This document shows positions 31,276-41,044 of a stretch of DNA of 64,000 nucleotides, in pieces. Each line of letters starts with the position of its first letter. Position 1 is the first letter of the stretch. Where the stretch lies: assembly GCA_937877715.1 (NCBI GenBank), contig CALEHW010000046.1, positions 89,690 through 153,689 of the forward strand, read 5' to 3'. Made by a program: the position numbers and the translations under genes. Origin of the DNA: an uncultured Methylophaga sp. (GTDB lineage: Bacteria; Pseudomonadota; Gammaproteobacteria; GCF-002020875). The notes under the pieces are model-generated. The model made no database searches and was not told the DNA's origin. It saw only the letters and a list, made by a program, of their open reading frames with translations.

Positions 31276-32355
31276 TCAACTACACAGCGCAGCCACCACT
31301 GCATCACCCATTGCCGAACAGCTCACCTCCTGCATTCCATCTGAGTGGATATCACGGGTACGCAATCCACCATCCAGCACACTATCAACTGCACGATCAA
31401 TACGGTCTGCCATCTCTGCCTCATCCAGGCTATAGCGCAACATCATTGAGACCGAGAGAATTGTTGCTAGTGGATTAGCTATATTCTGACCGGCAATATC
31501 TGGGGCAGAACCATGAATTGGCTCATACATACCCTTGCCATTTGCATCCAGTGAGGCGGACGGCAGCATTCCAATGGAGCCTGTCAACATTGCGGCACAG
31601 TCAGAGAGGATATCACCAAACATATTTGTAGTAACCATCACATCAAACTGCTTGGGTGCACGAACCAGCTGCATGGCTGCATTATCCACATACATATGGG
31701 AGAGCTCCACCTCAGGATAATCCTTAGCAACACGTTCCATTACCTCACGCCACAGCTCTGTAGATTCCAGTACATTGGCTTTATCGACAGAGGTGATACG
31801 CTTGTCTCGCTTCATTGCGATCTCAAATGCGGACCGCCCAATACGCTCAATTTCATGTTCCGCATAGACTAGGGTATTGAATCCCTGACGCTCACCACCC
31901 TCCAGTGTACGGATACCTCGTGGCTGGCCAAAATAGATGCCGCCAGTCAACTCACGGACAATCATCAGATCCAGACCAGAGACAACATCCTCTCTCAGAG
32001 TGGATGCGCTCGCCAACTGAGGATAGAGAATTGCGGGACGAAGGTTGGAAAAAAGCCCCAGACCAGCTCTGATGCCAAGCAGCCCTTTCTCTGGACGCAC
32101 AGCAATATCCAGAGACTCCCACTGATAACCACCTACAGCACCCAACAGAACTGCATCAGCCTCTCTGGCAATATCCATAGTCTGATCCGGTAGAGGAGTT
32201 CCATGAGCATCATAAGCGGCACCACCGATTAATCCATTCTCGGTCTCGACCGATAACCCGAAATCACTCTGCAGGACATTCAGCACCTTGATTGCCTCTG
32301 CAACAATCTCCTGACCAATCCCGTCACCGGGCAACACTGCAACTTTTTTACTCAT
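31276..32355 (-). CDS. leuB: 3-isopropylmalate dehydrogenase
   Basis: 359 aa with N-terminus [18 protein letters not shown], typical of IMDH. Confidence 0.9.
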   Translation of the reverse strand: MSKKVAVLPGDGIGQEIVAEAIKVLNVLQSDFGLSVETENGLIGGAAYDAHGTPLPDQTMDIAREADAVLLGAVGGYQWESLDIAVRPEKGLLGIRAGLGLFSNLRPAILYPQLASASTLREDVVSGLDLMIVRELTGGIYFGQPRGIRTLEGGERQGFNTLVYAEHEIERIGRSAFEIAMKRDKRITSVDKANVLESTELWREVMERVAKDYPEVELSHMYVDNAAMQLVRAPKQFDVMVTTNMFGDILSDCAAMLTGSIGMLPSASLDANGKGMYEPIHGSAPDIAGQNIANPLATILSVSMMLRYSLDEAEMADRIDRAVDSVLDGGLRTRDIHSDGMQEVSCSAMGDAVVAALCS

Positions 32356-32416
32356 TAACTTGTACTCTTAAAAACTGAAAATTAATAAACCAAAAATCGT
32401 TATCTCGACAATCCAT

Positions 32417-33055
32417 CTACCTGAACAACCATGGAGCCTCAGAGCTTCGATGTGCCTCATATGCCCTGATGGAATCCTCATGCTGTAGAGTCAGACCAAT
32501 ATCATCCAGCCCATTTAAAAGCCGATATTTGCGAAACTCATCAATCTCGAAGGAGAAGGAGCCACCTTCCGGAACAGTTACCGTCTGCGCCTCCAGATCA
32601 ATCTGTAACTGATATCCGCTACCCTCTGCCTCCTCCTGAAAGAGCTGCTCAACCTCATTCTCGCTAAGGGTGATAGGCAACAGTCCATTCTTGAAGCTGT
32701 TATTAAAGAAGATATCAGCAAAACTGGGGGCTATAACCGCTCTGATACCGTAATCTGTCAATGCCCACACCGCATGCTCACGGGAAGAGCCGCAGCCAAA
32801 ATTCTCACGCCCCAACAGCACGGTAGCGCCCTCATACTGGCTGTTATTGAGTACGAAATCTGGGTTGATACGACGTGTTGCATTATCAATTGATGGATCA
32901 CCCGGATCCAGATAGCGCCAATCATCAAAAAGATTGGGGCCAAATCCTGCGCGCTTGACTGACTTAAGGTACTGCTTGGGAATTATTGCATCGGTATCTA
33001 CATTAGGTCGGTCCATTGGTACAACCAACCCCTTATGTTGAGTGAATTTTTCCAT
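32417..33055 (-). CDS. leuD: 3-isopropylmalate dehydratase small subunit
   Basis: 212 aa with an aconitase swivel domain. leuC-leuD-leuB order. Confidence 0.9.
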   Translation of the reverse strand: MEKFTQHKGLVVPMDRPNVDTDAIIPKQYLKSVKRAGFGPNLFDDWRYLDPGDPSIDNATRRINPDFVLNNSQYEGATVLLGRENFGCGSSREHAVWALTDYGIRAVIAPSFADIFFNNSFKNGLLPITLSENEVEQLFQEEAEGSGYQLQIDLEAQTVTVPEGGSFSFEIDEFRKYRLLNGLDDIGLTLQHEDSIRAYEAHRSSEAPWLFR

Positions 33056-34473
33056 TAGTCACCTCCCCCAACAAGCTCCCTAACATCAATAAAGTGACCA
33101 GTTACTGCGGCAGCCACTGCCATGGCTGGACTTACCAGATGAGTACGGCTGTTCAGCCCCTGTCTACTCTCAAAGTTCCGGTTTGAGGTTGAGGCACAAC
33201 GCTCTCTCTCCTCCAGACGATCAGCATTCATTGCCAGACACATTGAACAGCCAGGATCGCGCCACTCAAAACCGGCATCCACAAAAACCCTGTCCAGCCC
33301 CTCACTCTCTGCCTGCTCCTTGATAAGACCAGAACCGGGGACAATCAATACCTGCTTTACATTTGAGGCAATCTTTCTACCTTTGACCACCTCGGCGGCT
33401 TCACGCAGATCCTCAATTCTCGAGTTGGTACATGAGCCAACAAAAACCTTATCAACGGCAATGGAATCAATCGGGGTATCTGCATCCAACCCCATATAGG
33501 CCAGTGCCTTCTCCATGCCTCTACGTTTCACATCGTCTATCTCACTATCCGGGTTTGGGACCTTATCCTCAATCGACACCACCATCTCAGGTGATGTTCC
33601 CCAAGTGACCTGTGGTGCTATTGTCGCCCCATCAAACTCAACCACGTAGTCAAATAGCGCATCGGCATCGCTATGAAGTTCCTGCCACGCCTCCACTGCC
33701 TGTGGCCACTGCTCCTCGCTTGGTGCGTAAGGCCGACCCTTTACATACTCAATGGTCTTTTGATCAACCGCCACCATACCGGCACGGGCACCAGCCTCAA
33801 TTGCCATGTTGCAGACTGTCATCCTCCCCTCAACCGAAAGCTCCTCTATTGCCTCGCCGGCAAATTCGATTGCATACCCGGTACCACCAGCCGTACCGAT
33901 CTTGCCAATAATGGAGAGCACAATATCTTTGCCAGTTACCCCCGTACCAACCGAACCATTGATCCGAACCAGCATGCTTTTTGATTTTTTCTGTACCAGG
34001 CACTGGGTCGCCAGCACATGCTCTACCTCAGAGGTGCCGATACCGAAGGCCAGGGCACCCAAGGCACCATGAGTTGAGGTGTGGGAATCCCCGCAGACAA
34101 TGGTCATTCCCGGAAGGGTTGCCCCCTGCTCAGGGCCAATAACATGAACGATTCCCTGACGGATGTCCCCCATCTTGAACTCTGTGATTCCGAATTCATC
34201 CGCATTCCTGTCCAGAGTCTCGACTTGGGTACGTGCCACCGGATCGACAATTCCCAGCTCCCGCTCTGTGGTAGGAACATTATGGTCAGGTACAGCCAGG
34301 CTGGCGCTCACCCGCCACGGTTTACGCCCTGCCAATCGCAGCCCCTCAAATGCCTGGGGAGAAGTCACCTCGTGCAGTAGCTGCCGATCAATATAGAGGA
34401 GTGAGCTTCCATCCTCCTCGGATCTAACCACGTGCGCATCCCAAAGCTTGTCGTATAAGGTCTTTCCGGCCAT
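33055..34473 (-). CDS. leuC: 3-isopropylmalate dehydratase large subunit
   Basis: 472 aa with aconitase-family Fe-S ligand motifs ([19 protein letters not shown]). Confidence 0.9.
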   Translation of the reverse strand: MAGKTLYDKLWDAHVVRSEEDGSSLLYIDRQLLHEVTSPQAFEGLRLAGRKPWRVSASLAVPDHNVPTTERELGIVDPVARTQVETLDRNADEFGITEFKMGDIRQGIVHVIGPEQGATLPGMTIVCGDSHTSTHGALGALAFGIGTSEVEHVLATQCLVQKKSKSMLVRINGSVGTGVTGKDIVLSIIGKIGTAGGTGYAIEFAGEAIEELSVEGRMTVCNMAIEAGARAGMVAVDQKTIEYVKGRPYAPSEEQWPQAVEAWQELHSDADALFDYVVEFDGATIAPQVTWGTSPEMVVSIEDKVPNPDSEIDDVKRRGMEKALAYMGLDADTPIDSIAVDKVFVGSCTNSRIEDLREAAEVVKGRKIASNVKQVLIVPGSGLIKEQAESEGLDRVFVDAGFEWRDPGCSMCLAMNADRLEERERCASTSNRNFESRQGLNSRTHLVSPAMAVAAAVTGHFIDVRELVGGGD

Positions 34474-34563
34474 GGCTTCTGTTATCTGTCCCTGAATAAG
34501 TGGATAGCGTGAAAGCGGCCCATTTTACTCCCTGCTGTCCCCGCTGTAAAAGTGTTGATGTTG

Positions 34564-35748
34564 CTAGCGAATCCAGCGCCAGGTCACTACAAATGCAAAC
34601 GCTGTAAGCAGGGCTGAAAAGAGAAAGATTGATGAGGAACCTGTAGTGGTCCAGACCACGCCGCCCAACATACTCCCAACTACACCACCTGCCCCAAAAC
34701 TGATGCTGGAGTAGAGGGCCTGCCCTCTTCCCTGGAGCTTGCCACGGAACAGGTCATGCACCATATGGATGGAGACCGCATGGATAATTCCAAAACTGGC
34801 TGCATGAAAACTCTGCGCCACAAACATAAGCCACAAACTTTCAGGGAAAAGTGCGATAACAATCCAGCGGACCGCAGCCAGAAAGAGACTTGCCAGCAAC
34901 AGGTTGCGCTCACCAAACCTGGCCATCCAACAGGACATCACTATAAAGACACCCACCTCAACCCCTACTCCAACAGCCCAGAGCATCCCAATCAACCCCT
35001 TTCCGTAACCGAATGACTCCATGTAGAGGGTATAGAAAGTGTAGTAAGTTCCATGTGCCGCCTGATTGAGAAAAGCAACAACAAGCAACGCCACCACCAC
35101 TGGGTTGCGCAATACACTCTTCATTGAGATATGGGGGTGATCATGCTCCGGATCCGGTACTGTAGGAATAGAGAGACTGCTAATCCATATACCAACCATC
35201 AATACCATCAATGCAATCGGCACCAACTCTACGCTATACCACTCCAGCATCGACCCCAATATCGCCACTGTAACGATGAAGCCAACTGAGCCCCAAAGCC
35301 TGATTGAGGAGTAGCGCTCCACCCTCTCCCCCAGGTGGTTGAGGGTTACCGCCTCAAACTGTGGCAGTGAGGCATTCCAGAAAAAACTAAACAGGGCGAT
35401 TATCAGTGCCAGCCACCAGTAACCACTGCCAATAAAGACCCCAGCAAATGCGATAATGGATGCCAGCGATGCAAAACGGACAATCGAAAGATGCTCTCCC
35501 CTACGATCTGCCCACCACCCCCAGATATTGGGGGCAACAATCTTGGTTGCCGCCAGAATTGCCGTCAGCTCACCAATCTCACGAATGGAGAAACCAAGGT
35601 GCTCAAGGTATGGCCCCCAATAGGGGATCAGCACACCGAGGGTGGCGAAATAGAAAAGATAGAAACTGGAGAGGCGAAAGTATGGAAATGGGCTAGTCAC
35701 ACAAGGGCACCTCTGGGAGCCTGTCCAGGAGCATAAACAGTAGCACAA
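34564..35748 (-). CDS. MFS transporter (HcaT/MFS_1-like subfamily)
   Basis: 394 aa, about 12 TM helices, with an N-terminal motif RLSSFYLFYFATLGVLIPYW and a mid-protein RLWGSVGF block that resemble the HcaT-like family. Confidence 0.7.
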   Translation of the reverse strand: MCYCLCSWTGSQRCPCVTSPFPYFRLSSFYLFYFATLGVLIPYWGPYLEHLGFSIREIGELTAILAATKIVAPNIWGWWADRRGEHLSIVRFASLASIIAFAGVFIGSGYWWLALIIALFSFFWNASLPQFEAVTLNHLGERVERYSSIRLWGSVGFIVTVAILGSMLEWYSVELVPIALMVLMVGIWISSLSIPTVPDPEHDHPHISMKSVLRNPVVVALLVVAFLNQAAHGTYYTFYTLYMESFGYGKGLIGMLWAVGVGVEVGVFIVMSCWMARFGERNLLLASLFLAAVRWIVIALFPESLWLMFVAQSFHAASFGIIHAVSIHMVHDLFRGKLQGRGQALYSSISFGAGGVVGSMLGGVVWTTTGSSSIFLFSALLTAFAFVVTWRWIR

Positions 35749-35780
35749 ATCACAGAGAGACCCTCCGCAGGCAGATCAGA

Positions 35781-36866
35781 TCAGATCACAGGTGTAGTTG
35801 AGTGTGCAGCACCATTCTGACTCCGCTGACGTAGGGCATGATCCAGCAATATAATAGCAAGCATAGCCTCGGCAATTGGTGTAGCACGAATCCCCACACA
35901 TGGATCGTGTCGCCCCTCTGTCAATATCTCAACCGGATCCCCATCTACATTTATGGTATCAGCAGGCAGACGAAGACTAGATGTTGGTTTGAGAGCCATG
36001 GAGACCAGAATATCCTGGCCAGAAGATATTCCACCCAGTATCCCTCCTGCATTATTACTCTTGAACCCTTCGGGGGTCATCTCATCCCGATGCTCTGTCC
36101 CCTTTTGCTCAACAGAGTCAAAGCCGGCACCAATCTCCACCCCTTTTACCGCGTTGATGCTCATCATTGCATGGGCTATATCGGCATCAAGACGGTCAAA
36201 CACGGGCTCACCCCAACCTGGAGGCATGCCGGTGGCAACTACATTGATTCGCGCGCCGATGGAGTTCCCCTCTTTGCGCAACTCATCCATATAGGCCTCC
36301 ATTTCGGAGACCTTGCTACTATCGGGAGAGAAAAACGGATTCTGGTGAACCTGATTCCAATCCAGATTTTCAACCTTGATGGGGCCAATCTGTGCAAGAT
36401 AACCATGAATCTCAACCCCAAATTGTACCTTCAGTACGGCCTTTGCTACCCCACCAGCCGCAACCCGCATTGCGGTTTCACGGGCAGATGAACGCCCACC
36501 ACCACGGTAGTCTCGAAAGCCATATTTCTGATTATAGGTATAGTCTGCATGCCCAGGACGAAAACGGTCCGCAATATTGGAGTAGTCTCTGGAGCGTTGA
36601 TCCTCATTACTAATCAGCAGTCCAATAGGGGTTCCGGTGGTTTTTCCCTCAAATACCCCGGAGAGAATCTCCACCTGGTCAGACTCCCGGCGCTGGGTAG
36701 TGTGGCGAGAGGTTCCAGGCTTTCTTAGATCGAGATCCTTTTGCAGGGCCTCCTCTGAAATCTCAACCCCCGGAGGGCAGCCATCGACAATGCAGCCCAG
36801 AGCTGCGCCATGACTCTCGCCAAAGGTGGTGACCGTAAATAGTTTGCCAATTGAATTTCCAGACAT
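35781..36866 (-). CDS. aroC: Chorismate synthase
   Basis: The conserved start [20 protein letters not shown] lies at the ATG at 36864-36866. The track ORF adds 24 upstream codons that precede the conserved start and are probably not translated. Confidence 0.9.
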   Translation of the reverse strand: MSGNSIGKLFTVTTFGESHGAALGCIVDGCPPGVEISEEALQKDLDLRKPGTSRHTTQRRESDQVEILSGVFEGKTTGTPIGLLISNEDQRSRDYSNIADRFRPGHADYTYNQKYGFRDYRGGGRSSARETAMRVAAGGVAKAVLKVQFGVEIHGYLAQIGPIKVENLDWNQVHQNPFFSPDSSKVSEMEAYMDELRKEGNSIGARINVVATGMPPGWGEPVFDRLDADIAHAMMSINAVKGVEIGAGFDSVEQKGTEHRDEMTPEGFKSNNAGGILGGISSGQDILVSMALKPTSSLRLPADTINVDGDPVEILTEGRHDPCVGIRATPIAEAMLAIILLDHALRQRSQNGAAHSTTPVI

Positions 36867-36904
36867 GTTCTGAATTATACATGGTTCATGAGTATAATTT
36901 ACCC

Positions 36905-37603
36905 ATGAAAAAATCACGCCTATCAACCAGCATCTCAATTCTATTGCTTGGTCTATCCCTCTCTATTTCCTCCCCATCAAGTGCTGATCTGAACTCGGCA
37001 AAACATGCCATTACCAAAGGGAATGGAGAACTTGCGATGATGGAGATGAGTCGACTAGCCGGCGAGGGAAACAGTGAGGCACAGTATGAACTTGGAAAAC
37101 TCTACGCGGAGGGCAGACTGACTGACCCCGACCCCAGCCGCGCCATGCTGGCACTCACCCTAGCAGTTGAAAATGGCTATCACCATGCTGAACAACTACG
37201 TAAAGAACAGCAGAAAAAAATTAATCTGATACAGCTAGCTGCCCTGCAGGAACAGTTGGGCATTCTGTTCCAGGATGGTGGAGCAGTTGCCATAGACCCA
37301 GCTCGTGCCACTGATTGGCTTGGAAAACGAACCCTGAACCCTGTCCCATTCACAAATGAGGAGCGCGGGGAGATGGCACGTAAAATTGGCAAAATATTTG
37401 AAGAGAAAATCTTCAGTTTTACCGCTGCGCACACCTGGTACACTCTGGCTGAGGCCTTTGGAACCGAGCGTGCAGCAAAAGATAGAAAACGGATGGAACT
37501 GTTCCTGCAGGACCAGAGCATCTCCCAATCCAGAAATGATGCTATTAGCAAATACAAAAGTTACCTAAAAAGTCGCAAGAAAATGGTGGATGGGAAGCTA
37601 TAG
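36905..37603 (+). CDS. Secreted Sel1-like/TPR repeat protein
   Basis: Signal peptide ([27 protein letters not shown]), then Sel1-like repeats ([18 protein letters not shown]...). The start is taken at the internal ATG, which has signal-peptide logic. Confidence 0.6.
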   Translation: MKKSRLSTSISILLLGLSLSISSPSSADLNSAKHAITKGNGELAMMEMSRLAGEGNSEAQYELGKLYAEGRLTDPDPSRAMLALTLAVENGYHHAEQLRKEQQKKINLIQLAALQEQLGILFQDGGAVAIDPARATDWLGKRTLNPVPFTNEERGEMARKIGKIFEEKIFSFTAAHTWYTLAEAFGTERAAKDRKRMELFLQDQSISQSRNDAISKYKSYLKSRKKMVDGKL

Positions 37604-40600
37604 GGAAACCTCTCGCGTTATCTGGTGCATTGGGAAATAGAGTACAAGCTTCTGAGGGCGATCCTCCATCTGCCGCAGCACCTCACCGTAACGCTGTAGC
37701 TGCGGAGTATAACGAGCCACCTCCTCATCGAGAAACCCCTCTAGATCGCCACCGCTATGGCTACTGGTCTTCCAATCCACAATCCAACGAGTACCTCTAT
37801 CATCCACAAATGTTCTATCGATGGTGACATCAAGCGCTCTACCCTTTGTTCGCGTTGAGAGGCTCCACTCACTCCTCGCCTCCGCATGTTCAGAGAGCAA
37901 ATAGCGGCCAGTCTCATCCTCCAGCACCAGGCGGAGTGCCTCTATCACCCTGTCTGTTGCTCTCCCCAGGGTGTCTGATGCCACTCCAAGCTGTCTCAAT
38001 TGATTTTCCGCCCTACCACGAATCGACATCAGATCAGATTCAAGCCATTTACCGACACCATCTTCTGTGATCTGCTGCAGAATTGCGTGCACCACAGTCC
38101 CGACATGTGCTGCACTGGCAGCCGCCCACTGATAGATCACCCTCTCATCACCGGTCGACGGCTTACCTGTCTGGATCGGTTCCGGAGGTTGCGGACAGCT
38201 CCAGATATCTGCGGTACGCTGTGGATGAGCACTACCACGAAGAGTTCTCTTACCACCCCTAACAGATTCCACCTCAACCTCTCCAGAGTCAAACAGCCTC
38301 TGATAATCAACCTTCACAACAGGCCATAACTGCTCAAGCAGAGAACCTGACTGCGGCTTACCAAGCTCTCCTGCAGAGTTGATGTTTACAGCACCAAACA
38401 AATGCAGTTTGCGTTCAGCTCGGGTAGCCGCTACATACAGCAGCCGCGACAGCTCATTACGCCCACGTGACTGTTCGATCTTTCTAATATATCTTCCCAA
38501 CCTGTCACCATCACTGCCCTGCTCTGCGTGACGAACCGGAGAGAGCAGCAGCTGCATACTCTCCTCAGACTCATCCGACACCCCCGGAACCTCCATCCAG
38601 TGCAGCAGTTTTTGCTGCTCTCCTCTCGGCTTTCTGCCCAGACCAGGCAGGATTACCGTATCAAACTGCAGCCCCTTAGATTTATGGATAGTCATAACCT
38701 CAACCGTGGTAGAGGGGACATCTGCATCACTCTCCTCTGCTCTGCCGGAACGTACATTCTGCTTCTCCAACTGTTCCCGCAGCCTGTTGAAGTCAATAAG
38801 CTCCCCCCCTTGCCCCATCTTTCTCAACAATTCAAGGAATGAGTCCGCCTCTCTCTGAGACCGGCCAGCCACCCCAAGCCTCTGATGTATGGCTGCCCCT
38901 CCAAGCCTGATCCAGGCGTGCTCTACCCATGACTCCAATACAGTTTCGCCGCGTTCATCAAAAATGGAATTCAACCTCTCGCACAACCACTGGACCCTCT
39001 CAACCCCAATCGGTGAGAGCTCTGCCAGACGAGACTCATCATGCATCAACTCCCAAAGTGTACGATCCTCAGCATCAGCAGTTAGATGCAGAAGATCCTC
39101 CAGAGAGAGGCCACTCCAGGGAGCCCGCAACAGAGCCAACCACGCCTCTCTGTCAGCCTGGTGCAACAGGGCACGGGTCAATGCCAACATATCACGTACC
39201 AGTGGGCGCTCCCCAAGTGACTCAATCTCAACCGCACGGTAGCTAATCCCGTTACTGTAAAGCTCTCTGGCAATCTCGCTCAGATGGCTACGGGAACGTA
39301 TCAGGATGGCAATTTTCCCTCCCCTGTCACCTATCTCAGCAATTTCCATCCTGATCAGCTCAACCACTCTAGCCGCCTCCACCTCATAATCAGCCATCAA
39401 CGCAGGGTGAACCGTTACCGACTGTACTGTGGTTTGGGGTTTTGTGGAGATTGATTCGGAGTAGTGAATCGCCCCACTAAAGCGGTCAGATCGTAATGGA
39501 AATATAGAGTTGAAACTATCATTAAACCAGCTTACAACCCCTTCCTCAGAACGGAAATTTGCTGCCAGCTTCCTGTATTCTAGGTGCAGGCCGCCAACCC
39601 CCTCGTTTATCGCTTTTATAAACAGCCCCACCTCAGCATGGCGAAAACGGTAGATAGACTGCATGGGGTCTCCCACCAGAAAGAGGGTGCGACCAGAGCC
39701 ATCATTTGCCCACTCTGCAGTCAGGCGACTCATAAGGTCGAATTGACCATGGGATGTATCCTGAAACTCATCAACCAGAATATGGGAGATCTGATGGTCC
39801 AGACGGAGCGCCAGATTGGTAGGCCGCTCCTCACTCCCAAGCGCCTGAAGAGCCCGTCTGGCAATCTCGTTGTGATCCACCACACCCTTCTCTTCAAACC
39901 ACCCCATCAACTCAATTTGTGCCATCAACAGCACCTGAAACAGGGAGGTGATGGTGTCCCACTGTGCATCCTCATACTGCACCGGCGGCAACAAGGGAAC
40001 CTGCTGGATTGCTGTAGCCGCCTCATGGTCTGACTCAACTCTCTGCAACAGAGAGAACATCCGCTGTTTTAGAACCTTGCCCTCTGCCCCCGGTGGAAAA
40101 CCGCTATTCTTGTTCCAGCTATTCTCTGACGCCCTGAACACCCCATCTTTTTTTAGAAATAGCGAGGCAATCCCCTGCCACTGCAGAATGAAAGATGGCT
40201 CTCCAGATGGTAGCTGACCAATCCCGCTACATGCAGCGACCTCGGCACTTTTTCCAATACTGTTCACAACCTCTGCTGCAGAAGATGCCAGCTCCACCAG
40301 TTGAGAGACACCATCCCTGCCTAACGCTTGCAGCAGTCCATCCCTGGCATTCTGTAGAGATTTCTCTACTGCCGAGCAGAGTGTTGCCTCCAGTGATTCC
40401 CGATCAATACCACCACCTGCACCTCTCGCCACATGAGGCAGCCACTGATCACGGTGGCCAAGCATCTCTGTCAGCATTCTCTCAAGTTGAGAGACATCGT
40501 TGTCGAGCCATGCCAGCAGTTGTGCTACTGCCTCACCATCCCTGCTCTCAAGTCGCTGAATAGTGCGTCGTGCCGCCCCAACAAATGCCTCCTCTGCATC

Positions 40601-41044
40601 ATCACTAATTCCCGGAACTCCCCCAAATGCAGCCATAACCGGCATCTGCCGAACCAGCTTTGCATTCAGACTATCCATGGTGCGAATCTCCAGCCTGCCC
40701 GGATTGGTCAACAGATTCCAGTTCAGGTTACGATCCTGTTGCAACACCTTGTTGGCCAACCCCCAAGTTGTAGCCAGATACGGCTCTTTCGGTTTCTGTT
40801 TACTGGCAGCCATCATCAATGACTCAAGCAGTCTGGTACGCATCTCACCAGCCGCCTTGCGGGTAAAAGTAATAGCCAGAATCTCCTCCGGATGGTTAAC
40901 CCCTGCCAACAGCGAGAGGAAGCGCTGTATCAGCAACTCGGTCTTTCCAGAACCTGCCGGGGCCTGAACAATTACCGAGAGCCGAGGGTCCAGCACCTCT
41001 TCACGAACTGCTCTGTCCTCACTCATAAGCCTGGAGTTACTCAT
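37598..41044 (-). CDS. addA: AddA-type helicase-nuclease (UvrD-like helicase with a C-terminal RecB-family nuclease)
   Basis: About 1149 aa. N-terminal UvrD/Rep Walker A (VQAPAGSGKT) and helicase motifs, then a C-terminal PD-(D/E)XK nuclease signature (RWIVDWKTS). The start is chosen 2 nt after the addB stop. Confidence 0.75.
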   Translation of the reverse strand: MSNSRLMSEDRAVREEVLDPRLSVIVQAPAGSGKTELLIQRFLSLLAGVNHPEEILAITFTRKAAGEMRTRLLESLMMAASKQKPKEPYLATTWGLANKVLQQDRNLNWNLLTNPGRLEIRTMDSLNAKLVRQMPVMAAFGGVPGISDDAEEAFVGAARRTIQRLESRDGEAVAQLLAWLDNDVSQLERMLTEMLGHRDQWLPHVARGAGGGIDRESLEATLCSAVEKSLQNARDGLLQALGRDGVSQLVELASSAAEVVNSIGKSAEVAACSGIGQLPSGEPSFILQWQGIASLFLKKDGVFRASENSWNKNSGFPPGAEGKVLKQRMFSLLQRVESDHEAATAIQQVPLLPPVQYEDAQWDTITSLFQVLLMAQIELMGWFEEKGVVDHNEIARRALQALGSEERPTNLALRLDHQISHILVDEFQDTSHGQFDLMSRLTAEWANDGSGRTLFLVGDPMQSIYRFRHAEVGLFIKAINEGVGGLHLEYRKLAANFRSEEGVVSWFNDSFNSIFPLRSDRFSGAIHYSESISTKPQTTVQSVTVHPALMADYEVEAARVVELIRMEIAEIGDRGGKIAILIRSRSHLSEIARELYSNGISYRAVEIESLGERPLVRDMLALTRALLHQADREAWLALLRAPWSGLSLEDLLHLTADAEDRTLWELMHDESRLAELSPIGVERVQWLCERLNSIFDERGETVLESWVEHAWIRLGGAAIHQRLGVAGRSQREADSFLELLRKMGQGGELIDFNRLREQLEKQNVRSGRAEESDADVPSTTVEVMTIHKSKGLQFDTVILPGLGRKPRGEQQKLLHWMEVPGVSDESEESMQLLLSPVRHAEQGSDGDRLGRYIRKIEQSRGRNELSRLLYVAATRAERKLHLFGAVNINSAGELGKPQSGSLLEQLWPVVKVDYQRLFDSGEVEVESVRGGKRTLRGSAHPQRTADIWSCPQPPEPIQTGKPSTGDERVIYQWAAASAAHVGTVVHAILQQITEDGVGKWLESDLMSIRGRAENQLRQLGVASDTLGRATDRVIEALRLVLEDETGRYLLSEHAEARSEWSLSTRTKGRALDVTIDRTFVDDRGTRWIVDWKTSSHSGGDLEGFLDEEVARYTPQLQRYGEVLRQMEDRPQKLVLYFPMHQITREVSL